Assembly: GCA_022813965.1 (NCBI GenBank)
Contig: JALDZS010000035.1
Location: 1 to 64,000 of the forward strand
Reading direction: 5' to 3'
Length of the DNA stretch: 64,000 bases
Source of the DNA: Toensbergia leucococca
Taxonomy: Eukaryota
The number at the start of each line of letters is the position of its first letter. Positions within the stretch are counted from its first letter, which is position 1. The notes below the pieces were generated by a model. That model had not been told where the DNA came from, searched no databases, and was given only the letters and a program-made list of their open reading frames with translations. This document shows, one piece after another, positions 39,112 through 53,531 of the stretch. The position numbers and the translations under genes were made by a program.

Positions 39112-42100
39112 TCACAGATACTCATCATCCATCATACTTAAATCTGGGCCCCATCTCGGTCTCGGGATCCTCGGATCCCTCGAAACCGGCTGCCTCATAC
39201 TGACGACCTGCGGCGCTTCCTCGTCACCAAAGCTGAACCCGACGAAGTAGCCAACGAAACTGGCCAGCAAGCGCACCAGGATGCTGGTAATGAAATAGAA
39301 GGGCTGGATGAGAACGCCGAGGCGGGAGCGAAAGAGCACTTTGAAAAGTACGAAGGGGGGAGCGGGTGCGTTGATGTCGACGCCGTAGCCTTCCATTTCA
39401 TAGGCGTAGAGAGGGTGGCAATATATGTCGCTGGACATAGAGCATTAGTCTGGCTCACAAGACACACCGAATACAAAATCATTCCACATACGCAGAAGAG
39501 GGGCTACGGGAAACGAGGATAGGTAACAAACCATGCGACCCATTCCCCCACCAACAACCCCCACCCCACTGCCGTCGCCCACCCCAGCCACGTTAACCTA
39601 GGCACCCACTCTCCCTTCCGCCACGTCCACAATCTCGGCACCGGCAGCGAAACAGTCTGCCAACCCCCAAAAGCAGACTCCATCCCGCGACGGCCAGAGC
39701 ATCCGCACCGCTCACAAGGCCATATAAAATCGTGGAACTCGCCCGCCTCCTTGCACTCTCCCTCTGGCGCTCGTTCAAGCGTTTGCGATGCGGGAGCGCT
39801 CGAGACGGCGCGTTCGAGGGATGCGAGACCTTTCTTTGCGTCGCGGATGGAGAGACCGAGATTGCTGAGGCGGGTGGTGAGATGAGTGTACGATTGGCTT
39901 TCGTCGGGGAGATCATTGTCGGAGGGTAGGTCTTCATTTTCTTCTGCTTGGAGGGCCATAGAGGAACCGTGTTGGCGATTTGTTCGAGTAGAAGGGTCGA
40001 GGAGGGCGGCGAAGTCGGTGTCGTTGGCAAGCAAGTCTTCGAGAGATTGGATGGTCGAGTCGCCAAGGAGGAGAGTTTGGTCTTCTTCGTCCTTTTCATC
40101 GTCTTCATCCGAGGAGGCTTTCGTGTCGTGGCTGGCCGGGTTGGAAGCAGCCTTCGCGGCAGAGATGATTGCCTCTAAGGCGGACTTGGGGAGAGACGGT
40201 CGTATGTTGATCGGGGAAATCTTGTCAGGCGCTTTATTGCGGGTGGAGAGTGGACTGGAATTGAGTTTGCGAATCAAGTCTGTTGCGCCGAGCTTTCGTT
40301 GCTGATCGTTTGATTCAGGCGTAAGGTCTCTTTTGTGCTCGATATCTGGGGACATGAGCATCTGACCGCCAACTGGTAGAGGTGTATCAATCCATGCACC
40401 TGTGACTAAGGGCGTTTTGAGGTTGGCGATTGACCTTGATGGTTGTGGAGTCTTCTCCACTTGCTTCAGGGTCTTTGCCATAGATGTAGGGTCATCCTTA
40501 CTCGAATGAGGCCTTTCATAGCTTGCGTTATCTCTTGGCTTAAATGTGGCCTCATCTTCCCTTCCTGCAGTAGATGTTTCTTCATCTTTTGAAGGCTTCA
40601 CATTAGCTTCATCTGACTCTGGGTTCGACTCGTATCTCTCAGTCGTTGGACTCGGACTCGCACTCGTCGCTTTCGCTAGTTTCCTCAATGTATCTCTTGA
40701 ATCTCGTCGTTCGTGGCTGGGTCGACGGGAAGATCTCTTACTTTGATCTGTTCGGACGTACTTATCATCATCATCCACGCTAGAAGGCCGTGTCTTGCTC
40801 TTGTATACGACTATAGGCGTATTTGGGATAGGATCGCCCTCGTCTTCGAAGACAGTCTGTGGGCCGGAATGACCTGCCTTGCCTTCGAGAGTTGGCTTTA
40901 ACGGAGACTGTACAGAAGACCGGCGTCTTGGAGGCATTCCATCACTCCCGCCGTTCACTTGCTGATGAGACTGTTCGGTTCCCACGCTTGGTGATCGTCG
41001 TGGTAAATACTCCTCCGAGGTTTTCTCTCGGAGCTCGCCCAATCTATTCGTCGTAACAGCCCTTTTCTCAAGGCTTTCAATCTCTCGCTCTCGGATGCGA
41101 TCGAGTGCAGCATTCCTGATCCGAATCGGCGGACTATCAGAGAATTGTAAAGACCTCGCGGTGAAATCATCTTCATTGAAGTCCCAATCTCGTATTTTAT
41201 CATCTGAAGCGACTTTTCGCAATTTTGATGAAGGCGTAGAACCCCGAGATGATGAAGTTGTTTGGGACGATCCGTTCTCCACAGATGGCACTGGTGCGTC
41301 AGCTGTGGTAGTGATCCAGTCCTCAATAGGTTCTGCTAATTGCATTGATTTAGTGTTGGTCCTCGTTGGCTCTTCTACTTGTGGCGATTTGGGCACATCT
41401 CCAGTGAATCGACCGCTCTTGCTATTGATACGGCTGAGCCAGTCTTTCCCAGGCTTTGCTTTCCGGCCCCAAGCGCGGGGGATGTTCATAGATGGATCCG
41501 AAGCCCGACTACTCACGCTATCTCCCTGGCCATTGCGCAAAGTATCATTGCTCCCGTCCCTTCGCCTAAGATTCTCCACAGTAAGGCCTACCTTCTCTCC
41601 TATTCGGGCTTTTCTAAATATTTGCCCTTCATTTTTTAGCGCGCCATTGACCCTGTGCTCATCCTTAGCATGTTGCGTAAGCGCCCTACCAAAGGAGTTG
41701 TCCGTGATATCCTCTAAGAAAGACATGCTGGAACCTCCATCTGATTGTATTGTTATATTCTCCTTCTCCAGCGATTCTTCTGATGTTGCCGCCAATTCGT
41801 GGAGGGAAGCACGCCGGGTTGTTCTACGCGATAGCTTCAATGAGATCGGTGAGACTGAGTCCTGTTCTCGTTGCAATCGAATTCGATCGGTTTCTTGTTG
41901 TTCATCGACATGGATGTCGTCAGTATAAGTTGCCATGTCTTCCGCTTCTTCACCTTCCTGCGCAGCTAAATTTTCTTCGTCGACGATGCGCTGGTATGAC
42001 TCTCTGAGACCGCGAGGTGGGGATGATGCCGATGAAGAAGGTGAAATTATTGCATTTTGTCTTCCTCGTGGTGGACTAGGTGTTGTAATGCGCTTGAAAT

Positions 42101-42479
42101 TGCCCAAAGGATTACGTGATATGTCAGGCCTCGTTCTCGGAAGGGTTTGGGTAGGGCGAGGCTTCAATGCTTGTTGCCCGCGCCTCTGACTCAAGGACGA
42201 AGCGGAGGAAGGAGGCCGGTTCTCGTCTGTTATTTCGGCGGTGGCTTTGAAGGCTGTTGCCAATGATCTTCCAGCGCCCAATGCTCGTCGCGGTCTAGCA
42301 GGCGTAACTCGACGAGCAGGATTCTTGGGGGGGCTTGGGGTCGGAATATTAGAGACATTTAAACTGTCGGTGAAAAATTCGGGTTGTTGCTGCGCAGGAC
42401 GTGAAGCAAACAGGGGCTTTTCGCGACGCAGTTGGGCCCTGGACTTTTTGTCTTTTGCCTCAAGATTGTTTGCAGACAT
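39112..42479 (-). CDS. Large, mostly disordered hypothetical protein with C-terminal membrane segments, 2 exons
   Basis: 991-aa ORF joined by an intron (~39430-39530) to a terminal exon DIYCHPLYA...YGVDINAPAPPF...DLSMMDDEYL*. Confidence 0.85.
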
Positions 42480-43700
42480 GGCTAAGGAGGGATAACAATA
42501 AGTTGAACCTCAAAGATTATCAATGAAGCAGGCTCGTAATTGTATTGTGTGCGTGGTAAATGTACTCCGTACTCGTGCGATAATAAACCATTAGGCGCGT
42601 GGGTGGATTTGGAGTTTTGGGGGACGTGACGTCGACGACCAACATACCGAGTAGGGATAGAATACTATCCGTACGGATACTCGTACCGTAATTACTTTAC
42701 CTTACTTAACTTCCATGAAACACGGCATATCTTGGAAATTAGAAACCTTACTTTGTGATAGAGGACGTATATACACTTCATGAAACTCGCCTTGTGTTTT
42801 CAGATATTAGAATCTCTATTGGGAGAAATGGTGGTTTCTAGGATCTACCTTTGTTCGACTCCTGAATGCTTCCTGACGTCCGTATCATTCACCAATTGCT
42901 TTTCTGTGTAAATGGAGAAAGCTTGCGGGCATTCGAGTGAGACATTCCTCAACCCTCTTTCTAAACTACCTACTGAACAACAATAGATGTTCATGGTCTT
43001 AGCCCGCTAAAAGTACATGAGCATAAGTACAAAACATGGCCGAAGCCTCCAAAACAGTGCCAGAAGACTTTGTGATGACCTTACCCTGTAGCACGTGACT
43101 ACTCGGTACTTCGATGATTGTCGCCCAGACAGGGTTTACACTTTCCCCACTTTCCCCACAGTGGAGGTCTTGGCACGTGGGAATATCACACTTGGTTATC
43201 TGTTATCCCTCCAACGGCTCAATGCTCCATCAAAGATTGTTGGCATCTCTTTTGACCGATATCTTCAACACTCGGCTACATTACCTTGAAATTATGATAT
43301 CACCTCACGCATACACTTTTCCCTCCTCATTCTGATCTGATCAACATCACTGACTGCTATCGGGGAATAAATTTTTACACGTTCAGTACTCCACATTGGC
43401 TTATTGGCCTTTATATCCCGGACGGCACTGCCGTACCGTTTACCCGCATCAGACCCTCTAGCCAACAGCGTCATCCCGTTCAGCCCAGTAGTGCAATTGA
43501 TCAACGATGTTGATATCAACTGTCCGGTGGGAGAGGTGGGGGGAACCGAAGAGCCTAAAGGGTAAAGCACATTAATGAGGGGTTGATATGTTAATACATT
43601 AAAAAGTCAGACAATCGGCCTCTTCTCTCTTTGCGCTTCTGTCTGTCTCATTGCTTGCACGGTTTTCTCCAATTGCGCCTCGCTGTTCTTCTCATTCATC

Positions 43701-45316
43701 ATGTTTCCCAAAATATACAATACGTATTTCTTGGCCATCATCTCCACCATTGGAGGCATGCTGTGAGAATCTAGTCATGCTTCGAGGACTAATAAGAACT
43801 TTCAACTGACAGAATCGCCAGCTTTGGCTTTGACATATCGTCCATGAGTGCTATCATCGGGACCAAACAATATGTTGCCTACTTCGACAACCCCCATGGA
43901 ATCATCCAGGGCGCAATTGGATCTGCCCTAGCTGCCGGCTCTGTAATTGGCTCTCTGTTTGCCGGTCCCTTGTCGGACAGAATCGGCCGGCGAGACGCCA
44001 TCTTCTTTGCATGTCTTTGGTGGCTTGCAGGGACATCTGTTCAGGTAGCCTGCAACGGTTTCGGGATGTTGATCGCAGGTCGTATCCTTAATGGCGTATG
44101 CGTGGGTATCACCTCCTCCCAAGTCCCAGTCTACCTAGCCGAAATCGCCAAGAAGGAGAAACGAGGCTCTATAATCGTCATCCAGCAACTAGCCATCGAA
44201 TGGGGCATTTTGATCATGTTCTTTGTTGGTTACGGCTGCTCCTTTATCGCTGGCCCCGCCTCCTTCCGCACAGCATGGGGCATTCAGTTCGTTCCAGCCT
44301 TCTGCCTCATGTGCGGCATCCCATTCTTGCCACGCTCTCCCCGCTGGCTCGCCAAAGTTGGCCGCACCGACCAGGCCATCGACGTCCTAGCTCGCATCCA
44401 AGCAAACGGCAACATTGACGATCCCCTTGTCATCGCCGAATGGGAAGAAATCACCACAGTTTTAGCCGCGGAGCGCGAGTCCGGAAAAGGCTGGCGCAAG
44501 TTCATCAAGAATGGTATGTGGCGCCGCACGGTAGCAGGCATGTCCGTGCAAGCCTGGCAGCAACTCAGTGGCGCAAATGTCATGACCTACTACGTGGTCT
44601 ACGTGTTTGAAATGGCCGGGCTGACGGGCAACATCAACCTCATCTCGTCGGGGGTGCAGTACGCCCTCTTCGTCATCTTCACCAGCATGGCCTTCTTCTT
44701 CATTGACAACACCGGCCGTCGCCCCCTCCTCATCTACGGCGCCATAGGTATGGGAATCTGCCAATTTGTCGTCGGCGGAGTTCTGGGCACCTACGGGGCC
44801 TACGTTCCCCTGGGCGTCGAAGGCAATCTCAACGTCAAAGTCTCCGTCTCGGGCTCGGCAAGCCACGTCGTCATAGCCTTCTCCTACCTCCTCATAATCG
44901 TCTACTCCCTGACCCTCGCCCCCGTCGCCTGGGTCTACGCCGCGGAAGTCTGGTCCCTCGAAACGCGCGCCACGGGTATGTCTCTCTCGGCCGTCGCCAA
45001 CTGGCTCTTCAACTTCGCCCTCGGCCTCTTCGTCCCGCCTGCCTTTGGCAATATTTCCTGGAAAACGTTCCTCATCTTCGGCGTCCTGTGCTTTGGGGCC
45101 GCCGTGCAGGCCTATTTCACCTACCCGGAGACGGCGCGCAAGTCCCTCGAGGAGATTGAGGTTCTGTTCAGTCCTGGGGGCCCCAAGCCGTGGAAGACGA
45201 GGCCGGGCGATTCGGCGCTCGATGCGAAGATTCGGCGGGTGCAGGATATGCAGGGTCGGGGCGTCCTGGACGAGAAAAATCGGCCCGAAGTGGAGCACCG
45301 CGAGGGCTCTTTGTGA
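43701..45316 (+). CDS. MFS sugar porter (Hgt1-like high-affinity glucose transporter), 2 exons
   Basis: GGML|FGFDISSM, DRIGRR, PVYLAEI, PRSPRWL, QQLSGAN, PETARKSLEEI; intron ~43763-43821. Confidence 0.95.
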
Positions 45317-45946
45317 ACTGGTCAGCGATCTCGGGCCGGAGGCTGGTCATCCATTCGTAAACTTCTTCTTAGGTCAGGTGTGACGTGGCGTGACGTGGAA
45401 CGGGTTTTCATACTTGTACATATTCTATGTTGATATGCAACCCTAATCTACCCACCAAACAATTTCCGTTGCTGCTCGGTGGCACCGATCCTTGCAAGAG
45501 GCCCTAGCTCCGCCTTTTCTCCTACTCCTCCCTGCAGCTCAGAGGAGCGAAAGAGACCCAAAAAATATTAATCTTAGCATTCACGACCCGCCTCCAATCA
45601 CCAGCCACCAAAAACTATACTCAGGGTATCAGACCAGTCTATCAAACTCCCTTAAAAATGCATCAACAACCTCCCAACCCAACCTTACCCGGCCCTCCCT
45701 CTCCCCACGAAATAACATACAATTCCCCTTCTCTTCTCTCAAATTACCCCGTCCCTTCCCCACCCAAATTCAAATCCAACGACCACAGCGAATCCCAGGC
45801 TTTGCCCTTGTTCTTCTCCGGCGAGATCTCCTTCCTCGGGAAGACACCTCCTCTCTCCTTCAACACAGATTTAGACGGCGAAGTAGCCGTGCTTGGCCTG
45901 CCCTACAATTACAAATCGTGCGTCAGCCTTCTGTTGGAAACAACGA

Positions 45947-48900
45947 TCAAGGACCCCAGAGGAGATCGGTGCGTACTTGTTCGTTTGTGCGGTCTTGGCG
46001 GGATGTTGGAGGATCTGGTGGGTCGTCGCTTCGAGGAGGCTTTTGCATGTCTTCTTGAGCGGGTGGTGGATCTGTTGTTTCGGGAGTTCCTTCCAGCCCC
46101 GTAGAGGGAGGTAGGGTACCTACGAGGCTCTTTCTGGAATTCATGCTATTGCGGCGGCTGTCGAGGCTTCTCGCTAGATTTCTCGTGGCGCCGTTGCCGT
46201 CAGAGGACTTTTTCATGCGAATGCTGCCTTTGGCGTCGACGTTGGCCGAGGCCACAGTCACTTTGCCGAGTCCAGGTGTGCTCGGTGCACCGGGCTTTTC
46301 CTCGGCAGCGTCGAGCAGATACCACCGTAAGCCGTCAGAGAGCTCGAAAGGATTCTCGTCATCGATTGAAGCACCTCCGTCGCTTGCCTCGCCGATGGAA
46401 CGTCGGTCGCTGGCCGATTGCACGCCGTTAATCGAATTTGATAGATCCACTAAACGTTCGTCGACTTTGGATATCCTTGCCAAAAGCCAATCCCTCGATC
46501 GAAGCTTGTGTGAGTCTTGCTCTCGGAGAAAGTAGTGAGGGGCGCCGACATTGAATGCTGCCCAGGGTCTCGTCGCTTGATTTCTCGTTGGCAAGAACAA
46601 AGCTAGGTCGCCCTCCTTGAAAGTTCTGAAGGCGATTTTCTCATGTGCTTCGTTTTGAGCACGGTGTGATTTGTCTCGATAAGCTCGGGCTTCTCTTTGC
46701 CATTTGCGTGCCGTGTGCTCTGTTTCTTTGATGCGCTTGATGATGGCTTCACTAAAAACATCCATATTGAAACTTGCAATGTCACGAATGTAGTTGTCGA
46801 AGCGTCGGGCTTCTTCGCCTAGATCGTCGGTTCTTGTCCACCGAAGCACATCAGTATCCGCGGAAGCCTCAAAAGTGGGTTTCGCTGGTAGAGGCCCAGA
46901 TAAGCTACGATTCATAGACATGGATGCATCGTTGAGCATGATGCTAGCATTTGGAGTCTTTGGTGTTTTGTGTAGGATCATTGTGTCGTCCTGATTGGTG
47001 ATGGTGAAACCAATTTGTTCCAGAAGCCGGGTCAAACTGCTCTTCTGTGAGTATAATCGCATGGATATATCTTCTGTTCGCCGCGACCGATCGCGAAGAC
47101 GAGCAGTCAAGGCGTCTTGGAAGTTCTTGAACTCCTCGAAAAGTTCCTTGTGTACCGCTAGTTGATCTTCCAGGGATTGAATCTTCGATTCGGAAGTATC
47201 CAATTTCTTGAGCGTGTCATCGAGTCTATTCTCATTTTCCATGATCTTAATCTTGAACGACTCGGAACTGGCTTCCTCTTCCGCAAATCTGAGTCTTAGT
47301 TCACTATGCTGTCTGCGCTCGTCGTTAAGTTCTGACTGCAAGGAAAAGAGTTGGGCTCTCTTCTCCGCGAGCTCTTCACGAACGCTGAAGACTTCCATTT
47401 CCTCGGTGCCAAGTTTCTCGTGAAGATCATGAATCTCGATCCCAACGTCCCTCATTCGCGCCTCTAGGACACTATTACAGGCACGGGATGCGTCGAGTGC
47501 CTCCTTAACTTCAACTAGACGACTTGCAGATTTCTCTGCCACCAGTTCGACCACCTCAACCAAAGAGTTAAAGTCTTCAGGTGTGCTTTCCTCTACCGAA
47601 AGCTGCAGATGTGCCGCCCGCAAAGCTCTGTGGTGTTCCGCCTGGACTTCATCACGACTTTGTGCTTGTCTGGTTAAATCTTTGGCCTTTTCGCTCACCT
47701 CAGAAATCTCCTCGCTCTGCCGTTGTACTTGGCGCTCTAATCTGTTGGCTTTGTCTCGTTGCATGATGTAGTCATTCTGTAAGAAGTCTGTTTGCCCTTG
47801 AGCTTTTTGCACCTCTCCGGCTGCATCTCGCCGCACTTTTTCAAGCTCTTCCTCTAGCGTGCGGACTTTATCTTCCTGATCGCGATTCTCCAAAACGCGA
47901 TCAAGCTCGTCCTCGACTTCTTCCAGCTTGACCTTAAGCTTCGAATTCTCGTCTTCAAGTAAGCGCCGCTCATCATCAAACTCGCGCTGCTGCGCTTCCA
48001 AATTCCCCATTAAGTCTCGTTTAGTTGATTCGGATTCTTGAACTTGGTTCTTCAAATTGTCCTCCGCCTTTGCGCTTGCTTCAACATCCCTCTGCAAGTC
48101 TGCACTTTGTGCCTTCTCTACTCCAAGATCGGCCTCTAATTTCACTATTCTCTGCACCAAGACTTTTTCTTCAGTCTCGATGTTTGAAGAGAATCTTCGT
48201 GAAGAGAACGACGATCTTCGAGAAGAATTCTCCACGGGTTTTGGAGAAGGCGTAGCTTGAAAAGTTACAGGCACGGTCGCCTGCCGTTCGAATCCAGATC
48301 CGTTAGTTGACCCAAATACATTACCATTAGAATTCCTCGTCATCTGACTTTGCCGATATAGAAGATCTTCGAGCTTTCGAATTCGGCTTTCAGAACTTTT
48401 CAATTTATCTTCGAGCTTCGACTTCTCACCCTTGACCCGTAGGATATCATCGGTGCCTCCTAGCAGGAAAGAATTTCCACCGAACGCTGCCTCGTGGAAA
48501 CTCCCATTCTTGAAAGCCTTTGCTCTACGGGCTTGCAGCTTTGATGGCGCGTCAAGAGCTCTGACGAGATCCTCAATCTCTGTCACAATATCCTCGAAGC
48601 CCCCTAGATCCACAAGGTTCCTTACATACCTTGTCACATCTTGCTTATTGATATTTGGCCAGCTTTGCTTCTGCCCCTGGACACTTATTTCAATTCCTAA
48701 TGCCATACCATCAAAAAGGTCGAGGTTGACAAAAGCTCCCATATCCTTGAGCCACTTCTTCCGGCGCCTTTCCTCCTCATCCTTGAAATTAGCCATTTCT
48801 TCCGCCAACGAAGAAGAATCGGCGGTAATCTTCTCGCTCCATTCTTGCCGCCTAACACATTCAACTAGCAGGGAACCATACAACGAAGGTAGGCTAACAA

Positions 48901-50219
48901 CGAAGTTTAGAATATCAAGAGCTTGGCCGCCTTCGTCTTCTAGCTCTAAATTTGCAAGGTGGGAATTCACAACGGCCACGGTCGATTCGATTGCAGCAAT
49001 TTCTTGCATGTATTGCACTGCAGAAACTACTGTATCGTTCTTTCGCTTTATTGATTGGCGCAACACCTGTTCAACCTCGATACTAGTCTCTAAAAGGGAA
49101 GGCAGAAAGTTTCGAGTGTGCAGCAGCGCTGTCTTCGATGCTTGCGATATAGATTTTTGTGAATCTGGAAGACGAAGTACAGATTCGTAGTCTGAACTGA
49201 CTTTCTTGGCCACAACCTCAATCTCTTCCATCAACCGACCAGCCTCGGCAGAAACGTCTACTTTAGACAACGTAAGAACTTGGCTGAACGTTTGAGCAAT
49301 TTCGTCCGAATCATGGACGACATCTTCAAAAGCGATAGCCAAGTCGGCAATACGATCTGCAAATCGCGCCGCAAATGCATTACCAACTTCTCCAGCCTTT
49401 TCTACTTCTGAAACGTCAACGAATTCTTGCAACGTGATTTCCGAGAATGATCCTTTGCCCGAATCGATTCCCTGAGAAGCTGCATGACCGCCGCGTAAGC
49501 ACGGTACCAGCGCCTCGATAGCGGATATCGAAGAAAGCTTGTTCAAAATGGTCTTCCAGTGGCTAAGCACCAAGGCCTGATGTTGCTCTATATCAGTAGC
49601 CCATACCCTTGAATCCTCATACTTTCGGCGCAAGTTTCCGACATGTTGCTTGACGTTCTCTACGGCAATTGCAGCGCTCCGTTGAACCACGTTGGCTTCA
49701 GCGTCAAATTTCTGGATTTGGTCCACGAACTTCTGTGACACATCCGTAATTTCGATTGCCCAAGCTCTTCTATTCCGGAACAAAGTCTGCCATGCCTGAA
49801 TGCTGTTGTCATTCGCCAAGCTGTCAGGCGGTTGCTTCGGACTAAAGGTTACAGGAGTAGGAATCGTAGAGAGGTGTGTATTTGGGCTTTCTCGAGAGCG
49901 AGATGCGAGAATTCGTCGATCAAAAATGAATATCTCCTTCTGAGCTTTAGATTAGCCTTAGTCCAACTGAAGACGGATTTGAAATACCTCGGTCAATAAG
50001 GTATGGAGCTTGACCGGCTTCCCACGGGCAGTCATCAATATTTGTTGAGAGGAGTCGATGGAAGTCCGTTGGTTTATCCATGACTTTAGGTGCTCAATAC
50101 TATGCCCTGTGAATAAGTAGAAGATCTTGGAGGAGAAAGAAGAAGACGTACGAGGTAAAAGATAATGGCTCGGCAGTCAAGCATACTCCGGTGTGAGCAA
50201 CATAGATATGCATTGACAT
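45947..50219 (-). CDS. ATG11: Selective autophagy scaffold Atg11, 3 exons
   Basis: MSMHIYVAHTG start, long coiled coils, and the C-terminal claw domain KIAFRTFKEGDLALFLPTRNQATRPWAAFNVGAPHYFL...NPFELSDGLRWYL. Confidence 0.97.
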
Positions 50220-50423
50220 GCCCTCTCCACTTCGCAAAGCCCACCAGGTCGGCAGCCTGCGAGTGTGGGAAATTGCAAGTCTTTGCTTTGAAGATGCGAA
50301 GCGAAGAAATGACGCCAGGCACAAGCAGCGGCTTCCGGAACTACCTATTCTACCTTTAGCTTTCAGCCCTACCGTGTTGCCAGTACACCAAGCCTGCCAG
50401 CTGCTGGATACAGGACTTCAAGT

Positions 50424-51337
50424 ATGGCCCAAACGTCAAGTCTGATGCTGGCTGATATTGCCCGCATTGATCGACTGAATCTCCAAGATGCAGCCAGGGG
50501 TTTAGATGATGAGGCTGCTTTCGCTGACTTTGGAATATCAGAGTCACGCGATAGTTTGTCATTCTCTCAAATTGAAGAAGAAATCCTGGCCTTGTACGAT
50601 AGACTACAAGATCTGAATCTTGAGAGTGCAGTATCACGAGCTTCAGGTGTTGTGCCAGTTGGTGCATGACACAGCTTCACACCACCCACAGATAGATTCG
50701 CTGACTCATTCCGGCAGTGGAAGACGCATTGTCTAATGAAGATATCAACACACAATTGCAAAACGCTGAACGAGACTTACTTGACGCCAGAGCTGCATAT
50801 TTACTTAGGACTAGCGTTCTAGAGAGTGTCTTGACAACAGACCCGATTCTCAAGGCTGTCCATTCCGGTACTAATGCAAACCCGGCCGAAAGGTGATCAA
50901 ACTCGTTCTAGAATTACAGTCTGAGGTTTGCTCACTCATTTCTGTGTGGTCGAGACAGACTTCTGCATCCTCTGATAGACCGGCGAGACTTATTGTCAAT
51001 CGCTCATACCAACGTCGCTACTAGTTTACATTCAACCTCCAAGTCCATTACGCTGACAGAAGCGGAAAACCTTCGTGCTATGAATAAAAACCGAGATCTA
51101 ACAGAGAAATTGCTGGATCTGACAGGTCGCCTCAAGACGCAGGTCACTAAGGACATCCATGATTCAGAATTGCTTAATCAGCTTAAAAGAGTTGAAGAAG
51201 ATGCGCAAACGGCAAGGACTAGATGGAAAGTTATGAAAAGTGTCGTCTCGGCGGTGATAGTTGGCAGCGGTATAGACTGGGCTCGCAATACCGACTTACA
51301 AAGCTTAGTCATAGATGATGAAGATAGCATTACTTGA
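50424..51337 (+). CDS. Centromere protein H (CENP-H/Fta3-like), 3 exons
   Basis: Coiled coil with VLTTDPILKAVH and RWKVMKSVVSAVIVGSGIDWARNTDLQSLV, the CENP-H C-terminal motif. Confidence 0.85.
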
Positions 51338-52458
51338 CTATTGTGGATTCGATTGGATAACCTCCCCTATCTTACAGGCTTGAAGGTTTTGTTCCACACC
51401 GAGCAACTTACAGACAGAGATGTACTACATTTGTATTGTCAGTAGACAGCGAACAGTGGTTGCAAAGTGTACCATCAGCTTGGTTGACAGCTCGATTCCT
51501 TTCAGGTACGCAAAATCAGCTTTACTAGATGTTGAGCCTTGACCTCAGCTACGGTAGGCAAACGATAAAGTCACAGTTTTACAGCTCGTAGCCTCGTAGG
51601 TGGGCCTAATTGGCAAAGAGTAAGGTAAGAACAGGCAGTGCTTGAATCTTGTTCTGTGCACAGGCCGGCAATAATTGGCTAGCGCAATGGCCTGCCTCCT
51701 GCATAGGTAGCCACGTAGCTTACTGTTGGGGACGCAGATAGCCTTCATTGTTTAAATAATGACTGAGCGATCTGTGGATATAGCATGACTGTCAATCATC
51801 GGTACTGGTATCGCCACGGTATCAATGTAAAGAATCAGTGGACCCTTGTTTAATAGGAATTGCCTTTCTACCTACGGGATTTCCTTCAGGATTCCGGCTT
51901 GATCGATGATTCAAACCCTTTTCCTTATTCATCAGTGCCCACTGACCGCGTCACCAATGGAATACTGTGGTTTTATGTAATCCTGTAAATATTATGCACC
52001 GCTGTAGTGCGTAGTCTTGTTGCTGTCTGCTGATGGCAAAAGTAAGGTGAATTTATCACGTCAAAAGCAATGGGGTTCCATAATTCCATTTCCTGAGATA
52101 TTAATATCGAAGCGGGTCAAACCTGAGTGAATATCGTAGCCTATCAATTTGCCGCCAAGCAAACAGGATTCCTTAAGCAGTCGAACGACAGCAAATATGT
52201 ATGATGGTTGCAGAAAGAGTGCTTGCGTGGGATTGTTCTGTACAAAGGTCAAAGGGGATTCAGTCTACTGTAGGGAGTAAGGTAGGTACACTCGTACAGT
52301 ACATGAGATGCGGGCTGGAATGTGTTTGCGCGCGTAGGTAGGGAGGTAGACGGGTGTGATGGTTACTGCTTAGCTTCTGGCTTAGCCTTGTTGTGCCTTA
52401 CCCCTCAGCCCATATCTGGGCCGGACTTCCCTTCCCATACAAAAATCCCTCTCCCAAC

Positions 52459-52498
52459 TGCTACTGCTACTGCTACTGCTGCCACTGCCAACTGCTAC
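52459..52498 (+). repeat. Short imperfect (CTACTG)n microsatellite upstream of NHP6
   Basis: TGCTACTGCTACTGCTACTGCTGCCACTGCCAACTGCTAC read directly. Confidence 0.6.
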
Positions 52499-53032
52499 AT
52501 ACCTCTCTCCCACCGCACACGTACTGCCTCAGCAAGGTACTGTAAACAACCCGTTCCACCGAGTAAGTCCCATCACTAAGAAATCTCCCACGACACAACC
52601 AACTCCACCACCCATCCACTCAGCCTTGTCGCCCTGTTATCCTCACCTTTCTTGCTCATCATTCGATATCCAAACATGGACTCCGTCGTCTGTTTGTTTC
52701 CATTACTTGATCTGATTCCACCATGATAGATCCACCACCCCTACTGCTACTCTGCAATCAACATCGATTGATTTCATTCTACGTTAATGTAAGTGTCACA
52801 TTTTCTTTCCCTTTCCAAATCTCGGAATTTGCTTTCGCAACTGTGTTGTCGTTGTTGCGCCCAAACGCGATCGCGTGAGGAAATCGCGATCGCATTCTCA
52901 CTCAAGCAACAAACCAAGTCGACGCCAACCACACCACTACCTTCTTCACTCTACACATCGTCCACCCCCCATCGGTGACTCTACCACGTCCTGTTATGCG
53001 CTAACTTATACTGTCTACACAGACCCGTCACA

Positions 53033-53531
53033 ATGCCTAAGGAAAAGACTACTCGTAAGACCAAAACCAAGACGGCGACTGAGGGCAAAAAGAAGAAGGG
53101 TGCGCTCGTCCTGTCATCGACTTTGAAGCCTACTGACAATGACTGCAGACCCCAATGCGCCTAAGCGTGGCTTGTCAGCCTACATGTTTTTCGCAAACGA
53201 GCAGCGTGACAATGTCAGAGAGGAAAACCCCGGCATCACCTTCGGTATGGAACGAAATTCCTTTAAGGTCTTGGCAAAGATTCTTTACTGATCACTCTAT
53301 TCACGTCTTCCAGGCCAAGTCGGCAAAGTTCTTGGAGAGAGATGGAAGGCGCTCACTGGCAAGCAGCGTGAACCATATGAGGCTAAGGCCAAGACTGACA
53401 AGCAACGGTATGAGACGGAGAAGGCTAGCTACAACGTATGTATCACCGACCTCAACATTTACTTCCACCCAAGGCATTGCTAATTCTACATTGTTATGTA
53501 GGGTGGTGAAGAGGAAGAGGAAGAGGAGTAG
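53033..53531 (+). CDS. NHP6: HMG-box non-histone chromosomal protein 6, 4 coding exons
   Basis: Spliced MPKEKTTRK...[50 protein letters not shown]...YEAKA...EEEEE*. Confidence 0.97.

Noticed and set aside
42820..42880. GTTCGACTCC T-loop-like motif suggesting a tRNA
   Set aside because: No T-stem, D-arm or acceptor stem can be folded.
44462..45298. 278-aa antisense ORF over the sugar transporter
   Set aside because: Shadow ORF caused by high GC3 codon bias. The same applies to the antisense ORFs over ATG11 and the 39-42 kb gene.
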